Assembly (NCBI RefSeq): GCF_030028105.1
Contig: NC_092379.1
Span: 93,691,488 to 93,755,487, forward strand
Source: Mobula birostris
Lineage: Eukaryota
DNA length: 64,000 nt
Direction: 5' to 3'
The position numbers and the translations under genes are program-made. Below are positions 38,516 to 50,559 of this stretch, piece after piece (within the stretch, counting starts at the first letter, position 1; every line of letters begins with the position of its first letter). The notes under the pieces were generated by a model, which had not been told where the DNA came from, made no database searches, and was given only the letters and a program-made list of their open reading frames with translations.

Positions 38516-39732
38516 CTGCAAGATAAAATACATACAAAAATCATGGATATGTGTAGAAGAAAATAAAAGTATTTCCGTTTTCACAAGAGGCAATAATCCT
38601 TAGCCCACTGTGACATAAATTGATGAACAACTAACGCAGTTGCCAAATCACCTCGAACCTTTTACAATTACTGGATGTTCAAAAATACTGTAACAGTCAA
38701 AGGGGATATAAATGTATTAAAAGAGTACATAAATTATAACAATAACTATAACCACTTTTGAACAAAATCAAATTTAACAATAAATGGCGTCAAATTCACT
38801 TAAAGGTTAATCAACTTATCATATGAAATCATTTTAGAAGTACCAAACTGAATGAGTACAGTATTGTAACTAATGCACATTTGTTTACAATTCTTGTGCA
38901 ACAGCTAAAACAGCACAGTAGGAATTTGGATAGATTCATAAACAGTTTTTAGAAATGTCACTGAACAAGCTCAAAACCAGAAAAAAAACTTCCTCTGAAG
39001 AATAAGACAGTAAAACTTACGAAGTAAGGAAACAAGAAATTTACATTGGAGGCAAATGCTCAGCAATGTTTCTCCTTAATACTAGTCATGTCATCGGGAG
39101 ATTAAATATGCAAGTATTACACCGTTTACTGATGAAAGCATTGAGGGAAAAAGCCTTTTCAGTTTAGGATGGGCAACGTATAAGTAAGTTTCAATTGACA
39201 GGATAAGAATGAAATTGCCCTCAAAGACAGGTTAAAAAAAAATCAAAGCGGTTGACCGACAGGTGAAAGTTAGGACTATAATTTTTAGAAGGGAGATTAA
39301 AGAAACTGAATGGCACACAAGATTGTCACAATGATTAAGAGCATCTCTGTGTAAAGTAGATAAAGCATCTAACATTTTCCATTGGTTGCTGGTTGTCATT
39401 TGATGGATAATGTAACAACACAAAGTGGGACAAATAGGCAATCTCTGCAAGGCTATAATCACAGGCAAAATGGAAAATAAAAATATTTACAACAGTGAAC
39501 AGGGATGATCTCCCAAAACTGTACAGGAGACACACATTGGTGTGCTAAATGGGATAAGGTACAAATAGACCCTTCCATGTGGAGATGATGTTCTTTATAA
39601 AACACATATCTTCATCTTTACCACCAAATTAAAATGTTGTTTCATATTTCGATTCCCCACAAAGTTAGTTTCCAAGAATAAAAGTAATAATCATTACTTT
39701 CAAATTTGTGATTCAAAAGTTACAAAACTTAC

Positions 39733-39861
39733 CATTTCCTGCAAGATCTTTGTTTGTGAATAGTAGTCAACGGGTTTTTTAGCATATGGTAGGTCCTCAG
39801 AACCATTCTTTAGGTCTCTGCCTTCAAATACAACACTTGCACTACTAGTCAGCACCAGTTT
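39733..39861 (-). CDS. NSDHL: NSDHL coding exon 4 (catalytic YxxxK)
   Basis: [14 protein letters not shown]...[12 protein letters not shown], 129 bp. Contains the SDR Ser and the Y-x3-K motif. Confidence 0.95.
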
Positions 39862-39948
39862 CTGTGTGCAAGAAGACAGTACAATTAAGCCACGAAAGAT
39901 TTTTGTTTGGGGTGCTGACATTAAAGTGTCAGGTGAACTGATTCTTAC

Positions 39949-40095
39949 TTGAACACCAGCTTCCTGGCATGCCTCAATTATTGTTTTGGTCCCTGTGTAA
40001 TTGACCTTGTAGAACAGTTCTCTGTCGTCGCTGGAAGGTGGTGGAGAAGCACAATGAAATACGATATTCACATCTTGAATTGCTGGCAGTATATC
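39949..40095 (-). CDS. NSDHL: NSDHL coding exon 3
   Basis: [49 protein letters not shown], 147 bp, AG/GT bounded. Confidence 0.95.
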
Positions 40096-40351
40096 CTAAA
40101 AAATCATAATTAATTTATTTGTAATTCTACTGCCGATTTCTTTCTTTTAAATACCTTTATTAAATAAGCTTAGGATACACAATATCAAAATAAGTTCCTC
40201 ACATGTTTACATGTGGCAGTTTGAAAATGAAAATATTTCTTTTAAACAGGTGAGAATTGAAACATTCTTATGAAAGAATTCAACACTAGTTTCTTAATGA
40301 CTGTGGCATTAATTTAAAGGCTTCAACTTGAATCACTTTGATATTGATGTG

Positions 40352-40650
40352 TGGCAGCATGGTAGCATAGTGGTCACCGCGTTGCTTTACAGACCAGCAA
40401 TCACAGATTGGGGTTCAGTTCTCACCGGTGCCTGCAAGGAGTTTGTACGTTCTCTGTGCGACCACACGAATTTACTCCAGGTGCTCCAGATTCCTCCCTA
40501 GGTTAGTGTTAGTGAGTTGTGCGTATGCTACGCTGGTGTCAGAAGTGTGGCGACATTTGCAGGCCGTGCAGCACAATCCTCACCGATTTGATTTGATCCA
40601 AACAATGCATTTCACTGTATGTTTCAACGTACATGTGACAAATTAAAAAG
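40352..40650 (+). mobile_element. tRNA-derived SINE (HE1/V-SINE-like)
   Basis: A-box TAGCATAGTGG, B-box-like GGGTTCAGTTCTC, core GGAGTTTGTACGTTCTC...GGTGCTCCAGATTCCTCCC. Confidence 0.7.
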
Positions 40651-40724
40651 CTAATTTAACCAACAAGCAGAAAGTTTTTTCCTCAAAAGTCAAGGACATA
40701 AATGTTACTAGAGAAGTCTGAAAT

Positions 40725-40931
40725 CACAAACAAGAGAAAAATCTGCAGACGCCGGAAAACCAAGCAACACGCACAAAATGCTGGAGAAACTCAGCAGGCT
40801 GGGCAGCATCTATGGAAAAGAGTACAGTCGATGTTTCAGGCCAAGACTCGCCTGAAATGTTGACTGTACTCTTTTCCATCGATGCTGCCTAGCCTGCTGA
40901 GTTCCTCCAGCATTTTGTGTGTATTGCTTGG
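40725..40931. repeat. Short Penelope-tail hairpin (82-bp arms, 8-nt loop) in NSDHL intron 2
   Basis: 40760-40841 is a near-perfect reverse complement of 40850-40931. Confidence 0.85.
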
Positions 40932-40959
40932 TCAGTAACTTTGGAATATCTCATTTACA

Positions 40960-40992
40960 AGATGGTTGCATCCACAGAACTGCCACTCACTG

Positions 40993-41034
<42 letters not shown>

Positions 41035-41271
41035 CTGCTGTGTGTGAAAATCCCAGGAGATCAGCAGTTTTTGAGATACTCAAACCATCCCGTCTGACAG
41101 TCAAAGTCACTTAATCAAATTTCTTCCCCATTCTGATGTTTGGTCTGAACAATAACTGAACCTCTTGACCATGTCTGCATGCTTTTATGCATCGAGTTGC
41201 TGCCACATGATTGGCTGATTAGATATTTGTATTAATGAGCAGGCGTACTAAATGAAGTGGCTACAGAATGT
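40960..41271. mobile_element. Tc1-like DNA transposon remnant
   Basis: GTGAAAATCCCAGGAGATCAGCAGTT...GATTGGCTGATTAGATA...AAGTGGCTACAGAATGTA end, recalled as typical of fish Tc1-like elements. Poly-T at 40995-41027. Confidence 0.6.
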
Positions 41272-41684
41272 ACTTCTGCAATACACTTTTCTGCACTATG
41301 CCATAAAATTCCAGAAACCTTGGATTTGAACAAACTCTATGACTGGACAACTAGAACCCTCTTAGGTACAGGATTACAATTCAGCACTATCCACATAAAT
41401 TATTCTTCATTTCATTCATAACAGCTTACCTCTTATACTAATATGGTGACCTCGAAGTCTAGACTCTTCAAAATGGGAGAACAAAATCTCCCTACACCCA
41501 GCCTGTTAATCCCTGTAAGTTTCAATGAACAGCTTGTGGTCCTGTGATTTCACCAGACATACCAATGGAAACAGACCCCTTGTCCAACCACAATGACAAA
41601 CATCAAGTCTCTGAACTCTACCAATCCCACTTCCAGCTCACTGCAGAAATTTCTATGAAACAACATTGTGCTTATCTAATTAAT

Positions 41685-43606
41685 ACTTCACTGTGGCATT
41701 TAGAGGTGGAAATAGGAAGGAGCTGAGGGCAATACAGAGGGACCTGAAAGCCAGGATCAGGGAGGCTAAAGACAGGTACAGGAGGAAGCTTGAGTGGAAA
41801 CTCCAGCAGAACAACATGAGAGAGATCTGGAGGGGGATGAGGACCATCACTGAGTTTCCGCAAACTAGCAACAGAGGAGCTGAAGGCAGTGTAGACAGGG
41901 CCAATGAACTTAACCTGTTCTTTAACAGATTTGACATTGTGGCCCCTGTCCATCCCCCACATGAGCCATCTGTTGTCGGCCCCCAACCAACAAATATTCC
42001 ACTCTCCCCTCCTACCCCTCCTCACAGTCCCCCACCCTGCTCTCATGACTATACCCCATCCCCACATGAAGCCACCACGGTGGGCTTCACAGCTGAACAG
42101 GTGAGAAGACAGCTGAAACATCTCAACCCAAGCAAGGCTGCAGGACCGGATGGTGTCAGTACCAGGGTGCTCAAAGCCTGTGCCCCTCAGCTATGTGGAG
42201 TACTTCGCCATGTATTCAACCTGAGCCTGAGGCTCCGGAGGGTTCCTGTGCTGTGGAAGATGTCCTGCCTCGTCCCTGTGCGGAAGACGCCGCGCCCCAG
42301 CGGCCTCAGTGACTACAGACCGGTGGCATTGACCTCCCACATCATGAAGACCCTGGAGAGACTTGTTCTGGAGCTGCTCCGGCCTATGGTCAGGCCACAC
42401 TTAGATCTCCTCCAGCTCGCCGACCAGCCCCGACTAGGGGTTGAGGATGTCATTGTCTACCTGCTGAACCGTGTCTATGCCCACCTGGACAAGCCAGTGA
42501 GCACTGTGAGGGTCATGTTTTTTGACTTCTCCAGTGCGTTCAACACCATCCGCCCTGCTCTGCTGGGGGAGAAGCTGACAGCGATGCAGGTGGATGCTTC
42601 CCTGGTATCATGAATTCTTGATTACCTGACTGGCAGACCACAGTACGTGTGCTTGCAACACTGTGTGTCCGACAGAGTGATCAGCAGCACTGGGGCTCCA
42701 CAGGGGACTGTCTTGTCTCTCTTTCTCTTCACCATTTACACCTCAGACTTCAACTACTGCACAGAGTCTTGTCATCTTCAGAAGTTTTCTGATGACTCTG
42801 CCATAGTTGGATGCATCAGCAAGGGAGATGAGGCTGAGTACAGGGCTACGGTAGGAAACTTTGTCACATGGTGTGAGCAGAATTATCTGCAGCTTAATGT
42901 GAAAAAGGAGCTGGTGGTAGACCTGAGGGGAGCTAAGGTACCGGTGACCCCTGTTTCCATCCAGGAGGTCAGTGTGGACATGGTGGAGGATACCAATTGA
43001 CAATAAACTGGACTGGTCAAAGAACACTGAGGCTGTCTACAAGAAGGGTCAGAGCCATCTCTATTTCCTGAGGAGACTGAGGTCCTTTAACATCTGCCAG
43101 ACGATGCTGAGGATGTTCTACGAGTCTGTGGTGGCCAGTGCTATCATGTTTGCTGTCGGGTGCTGGGGCAGCAGGCTGAGGGTAGCAGACACCAACAGAA
43201 TCAACAAACTCATTTGTAAGGCCAGTGATGTTGTGGGGATGGAACTGGACTCTCTCATGGTGGTGTTTGAAAAGAGGATGCTGTCTAAGTTGCATGCCGT
43301 CTTGGTCAATGTCTCCCACCCACTACATAATGTACTGGTTGGGCACAGGAGTACATTCAGCCAGAGACGTATTCCACTGAGATGCAGCACAGAGCGTCAT
43401 AGGAAGTCATTCCTGCCTGTGGCCATCAAACTTTACAACTCCTCCCTTGGAGGGTCAGACACCCTGAGCCAATAGGCTGGTCCTGGACTTCTTTCATAAT
43501 TTACATATTACTATTTAACTATTTATGGTTCTATTACTATTTATTATTTATGGTGCAACTGTAACGAAAACCAATTTCCCCCGGGATCAATAAAGTATGA
43601 CTATGA
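41685..43606 (+). mobile_element. Rex1/Babar-type non-LTR retrotransposon, 5'-truncated, antisense in NSDHL intron 2
   Basis: KAAGPDG, DYRPVALTS, FFDFSSAFNTI, GAPQGTVLS, KFSDDS, HLYFLRRL; ends AATAAAG(TATGAC)n. Few lesions. Confidence 0.9.
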
Positions 43607-44267
43607 TATGGCTCCACCATCTCTTGAAACAGCAAGTTCCAGATTTCAGCATCCCCTGCACTGGAGAAAACATTCTTCCTCAGATCCCTTGCCTCCTATT
43701 CCCTTTCTTAAAGATACTGCTACAAGGGGTAAAGTTTTTCCACTAACTTTGCTCCTGAAAATTTATATACGTCAATCAGGTAACTCCGGAGTCTTCTCTA
43801 TTCCAGCCTGCCCAGTCGCTGATATGAAACGTTCTGTCCCAGACAACATCCTGATGAACTTCCCCTGCTCCACTTCAGTATAATGACATCCTTCTCACTG
43901 AGTGGCAACCAGACTGCACAGTACTTCAGCCAAGTACAAGATGTTACAAGATGTTTGGAGATGTTCCTCCTTTTACATTCCCTAATGGCATTTCAGTAAC
44001 CCATTTACTTTCCCCTATGCCTATTGGATCTCTCCTGCTTTCAGTTTTCAATAATTTCCTTTCTTTATGCTACCTATCATACCCATGGTCATCCATGGAT
44101 TCATTGACTTATTGACCCTACCACAGTGGAAACATATTGGGTTTGAACTATCACTATTTCACTTTCGAATTATTTCCATTGGTCAGACACAGAATTATCT
44201 GCAAGACTAACTGTTCCCAATCTACTTTTGTAAGGTTCTGTTTTATCAGATTGACATCAGCCTTCCT

Positions 44268-44768
44268 CAGATGTACCGTGGTCAGCATTCTAACTGGCTG
44301 CATCACTGTCTGGTATGGGGGCGCTACTGCACAGGATTGTAAGACGCTACAGAAAGTTGTAAAGTTAGTCAGCTCCATCATGGGTACTAGCCTCCGCAGT
44401 ATCCAAGACATCTTGAAGTAGCGGTGCCTCAGAAAGGCAGCGTCCATTATTAAGGACCTGCAGCACCCAGGACATGCCCTCTTCTCATTGTTACCATCAG
44501 GAAAGAGGTACAGAAGTCTGAAGGCACACACTCAAAGTTTCAGGAACAGCTTCTTCCCCTCTGCCATCCGATTTCCAAATAGACAGTGAACCCATGAACA
44601 GTATCCCACTTTTTACAGTCTTTGCTCTATTTTAACTATTTAATATACATATATTACTGTAATCGATTTATTTTTCCTATATTTATCACGTATTGCATTG
44701 TATTGCTGCGGCTAAGTTAATAGCTTTCATGACATATGCCGATGATAATTAAACCCGATTCTGATTCC
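44268..44768 (+). mobile_element. Rex1/Babar-like LINE 3' fragment
   Basis: RCTVVSILTGCITVWYG; same family as 21370-21880. Confidence 0.75.
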
Positions 44769-44901
44769 ATTTCAAAACCTTAATTTCCAGTCCATCCTCT
44801 TCTTTTAACGAAACCGCATTAAAACCAAAGAGCTATAAAAGTTCAATGCAGTCATTTTTTTCATAGTTTAAAAAAGTAGAACTCTATTTATTTATACTGA
44901 C

Positions 44902-45060
44902 CTCTTTACAGCAGAGATCCGCACTAAAAAACGGAACTCCTTCACTCGCGGATGGTTTTCGGATATCCAAAATATTAACACGGTACCCTTTCTCCAGAAG
45001 CTTTGTCACCAGACGTTGGCCCAAAAAGCCGGAGCCCCCGATAACAGTGCATTTGTTGTG
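44902..45060 (-). CDS. NSDHL: NSDHL coding exon 2 (Rossmann NAD-binding motif)
   Basis: HNKCTVIGGSGFLGQRLV...FFSADLCCKE, 159 bp. tagcag| acceptor, GAG|gtcagt donor. Confidence 0.93.
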
Positions 45061-45266
45061 CTGCTAACAGGATAGGAAAGATTGATTCTTACCAGCTCTT
45101 GGCCAAACAGGTGATTGTCATCCAAGGTACAAAGGCTGCCCCACGAATGCATGGTTTTCTTCACCAAAAATGTCCCCGCCCCCATTCCCTACCCTACCCA
45201 CTTCATTCATTCTATATCAGGCGCATCTCCATTTCCCGGCGCAAACATTGCCAATTGAATACTCAC

Positions 45267-45284
45267 TCGCAAACGTGTAGCCAT
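45267..45284 (-). CDS. NSDHL: NSDHL coding exon 1 (MATRLR)
   Basis: ATG GCT ACA CGT TTG CGA|gtgagt. Resembles the short MATR.R start recalled for non-mammalian NSDHL. Phase 0 into the next exon. Confidence 0.75.
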
Positions 45285-45289
45285 CTCTC

Positions 45290-45530
45290 CCGCGGCACAG
45301 CACAATGTACACAGTACTTCACCAAAACTCTCAGCCCACCTGGGACGGAAAGGTATCAGTGCGACCGCAATCCTCATTGGCCCACGGAGGTTCTCTCCCT
45401 TCTGATTGGAAAGCGGCGCGTCGTTGCTCTGGTGACTGGTCTATAAACCAATCAAATTATCGAGTGATCATGGGCCGTGATGACGTATAACAGTAACCAA
45501 TTGAAATTGGGCTGAGCTCCACTCGCCGGT
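45290..45530 (-). promoter_or_regulatory. NSDHL proximal promoter: multiple CCAAT boxes, CRE-like and SRE-like motifs
   Basis: About five CCAAT/ATTGG boxes between 45375 and 45510, TGATGACGTA near 45478, and imperfect SRE-like motifs (ATCAC.. on the minus strand, TCAGCCCAC). CpG-rich. An NF-Y plus SREBP layout is typical of sterol-synthesis genes. Confidence 0.55.
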
Positions 45531-45705
45531 TGTGACCAGGTTCAATGTTCCCCTGGAACCCATTCACAAGATAAATTGATGCTGAACCTTTATGTTGTGA
45601 ATAAGCGTCAAATAAAATCGATTCGTGTATCGATTGTTAAATATTTATAATGGAATGCTAACATTACTGAAACTTACTTTTTTAAAATGTCAGGGACAGT
45701 CAAAA

Positions 45706-46142
45706 CAACACACATCAAAGTTGTTGGTGAACGCAGCAGGCCAGGCAGCATCTGTAGGAAGAGGTGCAGTCGACGTTTCAGGCCGAGACCCTTCGTCAGG
45801 ACTAACTGAAGGAAGAGTGAGTAAGGGATTTGAAAGTTGGAGGGGGAGGGGGAGATCCAAAATGATAGGAGAAGACAGGAGGGGGAGGGATAGAGCCAAG
45901 AGCTGGACAGGTGAAAGGCAAAAGGGATACGAGAGGATCATGGGACAGGAGGTCCGGGAAGAAAGACAACGGGGGGGGGGGGACCCAGAGGATGAGCAAG
46001 AGGTATATTCAGAGGGACAGAGGGAGAAAAAGGAGAATGAGAGAAAGAATGTGTGTATAAAAATAAGTAACAGATGGGGTACGAGGGGGAGGTGGGACTT
46101 TAGCGGAAGTTAGAGAAGTCGACGTTCATGCCATCAGGTTGG
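45706..46142 (-). mobile_element. 5'-truncated Penelope-like 3' end upstream of the NSDHL promoter
   Basis: Perfect 14-bp TSD AGGGACAGTCAAAA (45692-705 / 46143-156). Confidence 0.9.
45768..45803 (-). ncRNA. Minimal type I hammerhead ribozyme motif, intact core
   Basis: Reverse complement reads AGTC CTGACGA AGGGTCTCGGCCT GAAA CGTC GACT, with a G-U pair closing stem II. Confidence 0.75.
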
Positions 46143-46549
46143 AGGGACAGTCAAAAGAAATGTTCGAGGAATATAATTCTGGTTAATAGGCTGTGCGGCG
46201 CCTTTGAAATGATTACTTTGCGACAGAAGTCAGCTATAATACCAATTAAAAACAGAAAATGCTGGAGGTGAAGATAGAAACATGCTTCTAGTTTTATGTT
46301 GAGGATTTTTCAGCTGATCTCTTTTCAACTGATACAAACACGAGAATATATCAAGCAAGAGGAACCCACCCAGCCTACTCTGACACTCTGCCATTCAACA
46401 ATATCATGACTGATCGTCCACCTCTCCATTTTCTGACTCCATCCCCAATCTACCAAGCAAAAACCCTCTGGCGCCGAGTCTGACAGTTTCGCTCAGAAAG
46501 GGTGGAGCTGGGGCGGGGAGAGGAGAGCGGTGGTGAGAGGGGATTCAAT

Positions 46550-47010
46550 AGTTCGGGGTCAGACAGGAGACCCTATGGACATGAAAGAGACTCCAAGATG
46601 CCCAGGTTAGGGACGTCTCAACATTCTTAAGGCAGGGGGTTAGCAGCTAGAGTTCATGGTACATAATGGTACACAACGTTATAAACAGGAAAAACAAAGA
46701 GGTCCTGAAGACTGAATAAAAGGAGTTAGGTAGAAAACTGAAAAGCAGCACCTCAAGGGTAGTAACTTCTGGATTCTACCCATAGTGAGGGTAAGACTGG
46801 ATGATACGGCAGATAAATGGGTGACGGCTGAAGAATAGGTGCAGGAGGTAAAGTTTCAGATTTGTAGGTCATTGGGATCTCTTCTGGGGAAGGTATGATC
46901 TGTACAAAAGGGACGAGTTACACTGAACTTAAGGGGGACTAATCTCCTAGCGGGCAGGTTTACGGGAGCTTTTGGGAATGATTTAAACTAGGTTGGCAGG
47001 GAGATGGGCA
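46550..47010 (+). mobile_element. CR1 ORF1 (esterase) fragment
   Basis: Decayed CR1 ORF1 text (VHxGT, RVVTSG, GHWDLFWGRYDLYKRD.LHLN). Confidence 0.6.
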
Positions 47011-47613
47011 CCAATGTGATAGATCAGAGGATGAGGCAGTTGGTGTAAAGGTAGATACAGTGGGGAGAGAGACTGTGAGGACGGATAGGCAGCTGCAAGA
47101 TTAGAGACATTTCAGAGACTCTTCGATGAGCGCCTCAATGAAAGAAAAATGCAAGCTATACAGAAGGGAAATATTGGACTCATCTTAGAACAGGTTAAAA
47201 AGTCAGTACAATACTGTCCGCTGAAGGGATTGTTCTGTTCTGTACTGTGTGACGTTCTATGCTCAAAAGCAATTAATAACAGCCTTCCAAAGACGCACGT
47301 GCTCTACAGATACCGTCCCATTTCAATCTTAAATAACCTACGCATATTTTGAGCTCCAGTACAGTACTAGACTCTCAAGCCTTGGAAACCATCCAACATT
47401 TAGCTCTATAAATGTTTCTCTCAACAAGTCTGAACGTTCTAACCTACTCAATTTCTCCTAAGGTGACAGGCCCGCCACCTCATCAACCAGGTTGGTGAAT
47501 ATTTACTCCGTAACAAATACATCTTCCTAGATAAGTAAATCAAGACTATAATTTTTCAGGTATGGTTTTAGCAAGACTCTACTTGATGTAAATAAGACAT
47601 CTTTACTCTTGTA

Positions 47614-48117
47614 GCAATACTTAGAAGGTTGGAAAGACTCAGTGGGTCAGGCAGCACCTATAGAGGAAAATAAGCAGTTGACATTTTGGGCTAATACCTT
47701 TCATCAGGACTGGAAAGGAAGTGGGCAGAAACCAGAGTAAAAGCGTTTGGCTTGGGGGGGGGGGGTTGGGGGAAGAGGGGGATGGAGAGTAGCAGGAGAT
47801 AGCAGGTGATACATGAATCCAGGTGAGAGAGGGAAGGCAGGAGGATGGGGAAAGTGGGGAAAAGGGAATAATATGAGAAACTGGGAGGTGATAATTGGGG
47901 AAGGCAAAGGGCTGAAGAAAGAATCTGATAGGAGAGGACAATAGACTATGGAATAAAAGGAAGGGATGGGGTGGAGGGACCAGAAGGAAGAAGGAGAAGG
48001 CAGGTTGGGTGAGCGGGGCGGGGCTGGGTGATGCAGAGGGTATAATGGAGCCAGAGATAGGGGCATTTTGTGTGTTTTGCTCTAGATTTCCGGTATCTGC
48101 AGTCTCTCCTGTGTCTC
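47614..48117. mobile_element. Older Penelope-derived insertion with inverted tail
   Basis: 16-bp TSD CATCTTTACTCTTGTA (47598-613 / 48118-133). Minus arm to about 48062, then a short plus-strand tail. Confidence 0.75.
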
Positions 48118-48477
48118 CATCTTTACTCTTGTATCTACATGTTCACTTTTAGTGACTGATTTACAAGAGCAGCCTAGTTCTTTTTAACAGCAACATTTTC
48201 CAATAGCTCATATTTTCAAAAAAGCTCAGTTTTTTTTTCTACTCACGTGGATAACTTCTCAACTTTCTATATCATATTCTGAGTGCCATAATTTGGCTCC
48301 ATGTTGATATTGAGTGCTCCCATTCTAGTGTCTCTGAGCACCCTCACTTCAGGAGGATTATTCTATATCAATCTATAATTCAAAAAAAATCTAATGTACT
48401 TAACTACTTTAGCTTATTTTCTGAAGGGGATTAGCTGTCACCATTTCAAGTGGAGGGTCCCAACCAAGGAGGAGAAA

Positions 48478-48775
48478 CAGTAGTCTAGCGGTTAGCATGA
48501 CACGATTACAACTCAGGGTGTTCTGGAGTTCAGAGTTCAATTCCACTCCCACTTTGGAAGGAATCTCTGTACGTCCTACCCATCATCGCGTGCTCCAGTT
48601 TCTTCCCACAGTCCAAAGATGTACCGTGTAAGTTCATTGGTCATTGCAAACTGCCCTGTAATTGGGTTACCTCAATCAGGATTGTGGGGGTTGCTGGGGC
48701 AGCCTGACAAGAAAAGCTGGAAGGGCCTACTCTCTGCTGTATCGCTAAATAAACAAACAAACAAACAAATAAATA
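48478..48775 (+). mobile_element. tRNA-derived SINE (V-SINE-like)
   Basis: TAGTCTAGCGGTTAGC A-box, GAGTTCAATTCC B-box, GTGCTCCAGTTTCTTCCCACAGTCCAAAGA core, (AAAC)n tail. Confidence 0.65.
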
Positions 48776-50559
48776 GACAGATAAACAGGTAAAAAAAATT
48801 CCAGCTAATGAAACAAATTAAATAGATGTTTTAAATGGAACTCTATTTTGGGGAATAATTCCAACAGATTATAATTCTACAAAGTATTTCCAAACACAAG
48901 TATAATTCTTACAAACTAGAAAACCATACCAATGAGCTGCAGACAAACAAAATGGCAGCTCTTGGAAGAATTCCTGCTCAGGTCAAGGCTGAGAAGTGAT
49001 TCTACGTCTTTATCTCTGCAACTGCCCCCCCCCCCACCCCACTACTGCCTTATAACATTTAGATTTTTTTTGCCAGTCATCTAGTGACAGCTTCACCTGC
49101 ATGTTATGTTTCCAGAAGTGTTTTGATCTGACAGATGTCAGGAGCTGTGGGTGAATGGGAAATGTTCTTATTTTCTGAATAGGCTGCAGTCTCAGTCACG
49201 TCAACAATAGGCTCCCTGAGCCTGGACAATAGTGCTTCTGAAGGGGTTGGCTAAATAATGCTAGTTAAAAATAATTATAAACTTCTTGACCTTGAACAGT
49301 TTCTTCTATGGAGTTAAAGAAACAGAGTTTAGCAAAATGCCTCCTGACCCTGGATGTAAATATCCATCAGAGATCATCCACTCAGCTTCTCCATTGCCCT
49401 TAGCATCCTCACCACTACTAATATTCCCATTTAGTTCCATGTGCTCACCAAAGAGGAATTAGTCAAGGGTTTGCACGATGTGGAAAGATAGAGAGAGATC
49501 TGGAAGTATACATATATCCACAAATGCTTAAAGGTGGCCAGCCAAGTTACTAAGGGGGTTACAGTGTCAAATGCGGTGGTTTCCTTCATCAGCCGAACAA
49601 AGTTGAAAAAGTAAGCCTGAATAACAGAAAGGAGCTCGACTACTTCAGAGATCTGGCCCCGATGCCATGAGAAAGATGGAAGTACACTGAAGAGTGGACA
49701 GAGGACATTTAGGATGATATTGCCAGGATTATAAAGTTGTAACAGCAAGGAAAGATTGGATAATGTAGCTTTATTTTCTTTGGAATTGTTAAGGCTACAG
49801 AGAAACTTAAGCAAGAGTATAAATTTACAGGGGGCTCAGATAGAGAAGATAGAAAGGACTTGAGTTAATTAGAAAACAGGGGCAAAGATTTCAATTAATT
49901 GGGGAAAGAATCTAAAGTTATGATGGTAATGGGTTTGCTGACTGTGAAATTCTAAACTCAGACGAAGTCCTTAAGACCCATCTGATATGGATGGCTATAA
50001 GTACCCTCACTAAAGGGAGTAAAACCATAACTATCCAAACTTCAAAAGCTACTTCTCCACATTGAGTATAGCTACCAATACCCACTTTTTGAGTGAAGGG
50101 ATCCCCCTCCCTTCCAAGGAGGAGATACTTCCAGCTAACAAAGCTACACGGTTCCCAGGTACCCATAGTAAATGCTGTGAAGCTGGCTCTTTTGAGTGTA
50201 CAAACCTTCCAACTATTTGTAGATCAGCTATTGATATGCTAAGTGATAATATCAATCTGGTCAGCAAGCTTCCTTGAACTAAGCAGCTTAGCCAGCATTG
50301 TCTATTTTGAACAAGCCAAATTAAATAACCCATTATTGCAACTCTTCAGCTGTTAGTCCAGGTTCTGTGGGGCCAGTAAATCTGTGCTATGGACAGCACT
50401 TGTTTGCAAAGCTGTCATTTTAACTTCAAACTGATTACTGATTGCAATTTACATTAAGAATTGAAGACTGACCCCATGTACGACAAGTAGGTAAACAAAG
50501 AATATTAGTTGGAAGTTTAACTTACTCAAGAACCTCATAGATGTTGTTTAAGAGGAGAC

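Noticed and set aside
40352-40430. tRNA-like A/B boxes (also 48478)
   Set aside because: SINE heads; no cloverleaf.
45092-45121. Alternative NSDHL start MTITCLAKS with gtaag donor
   Set aside because: The intron would be only about 30 nt and out of phase; the MATRLR exon fits better.
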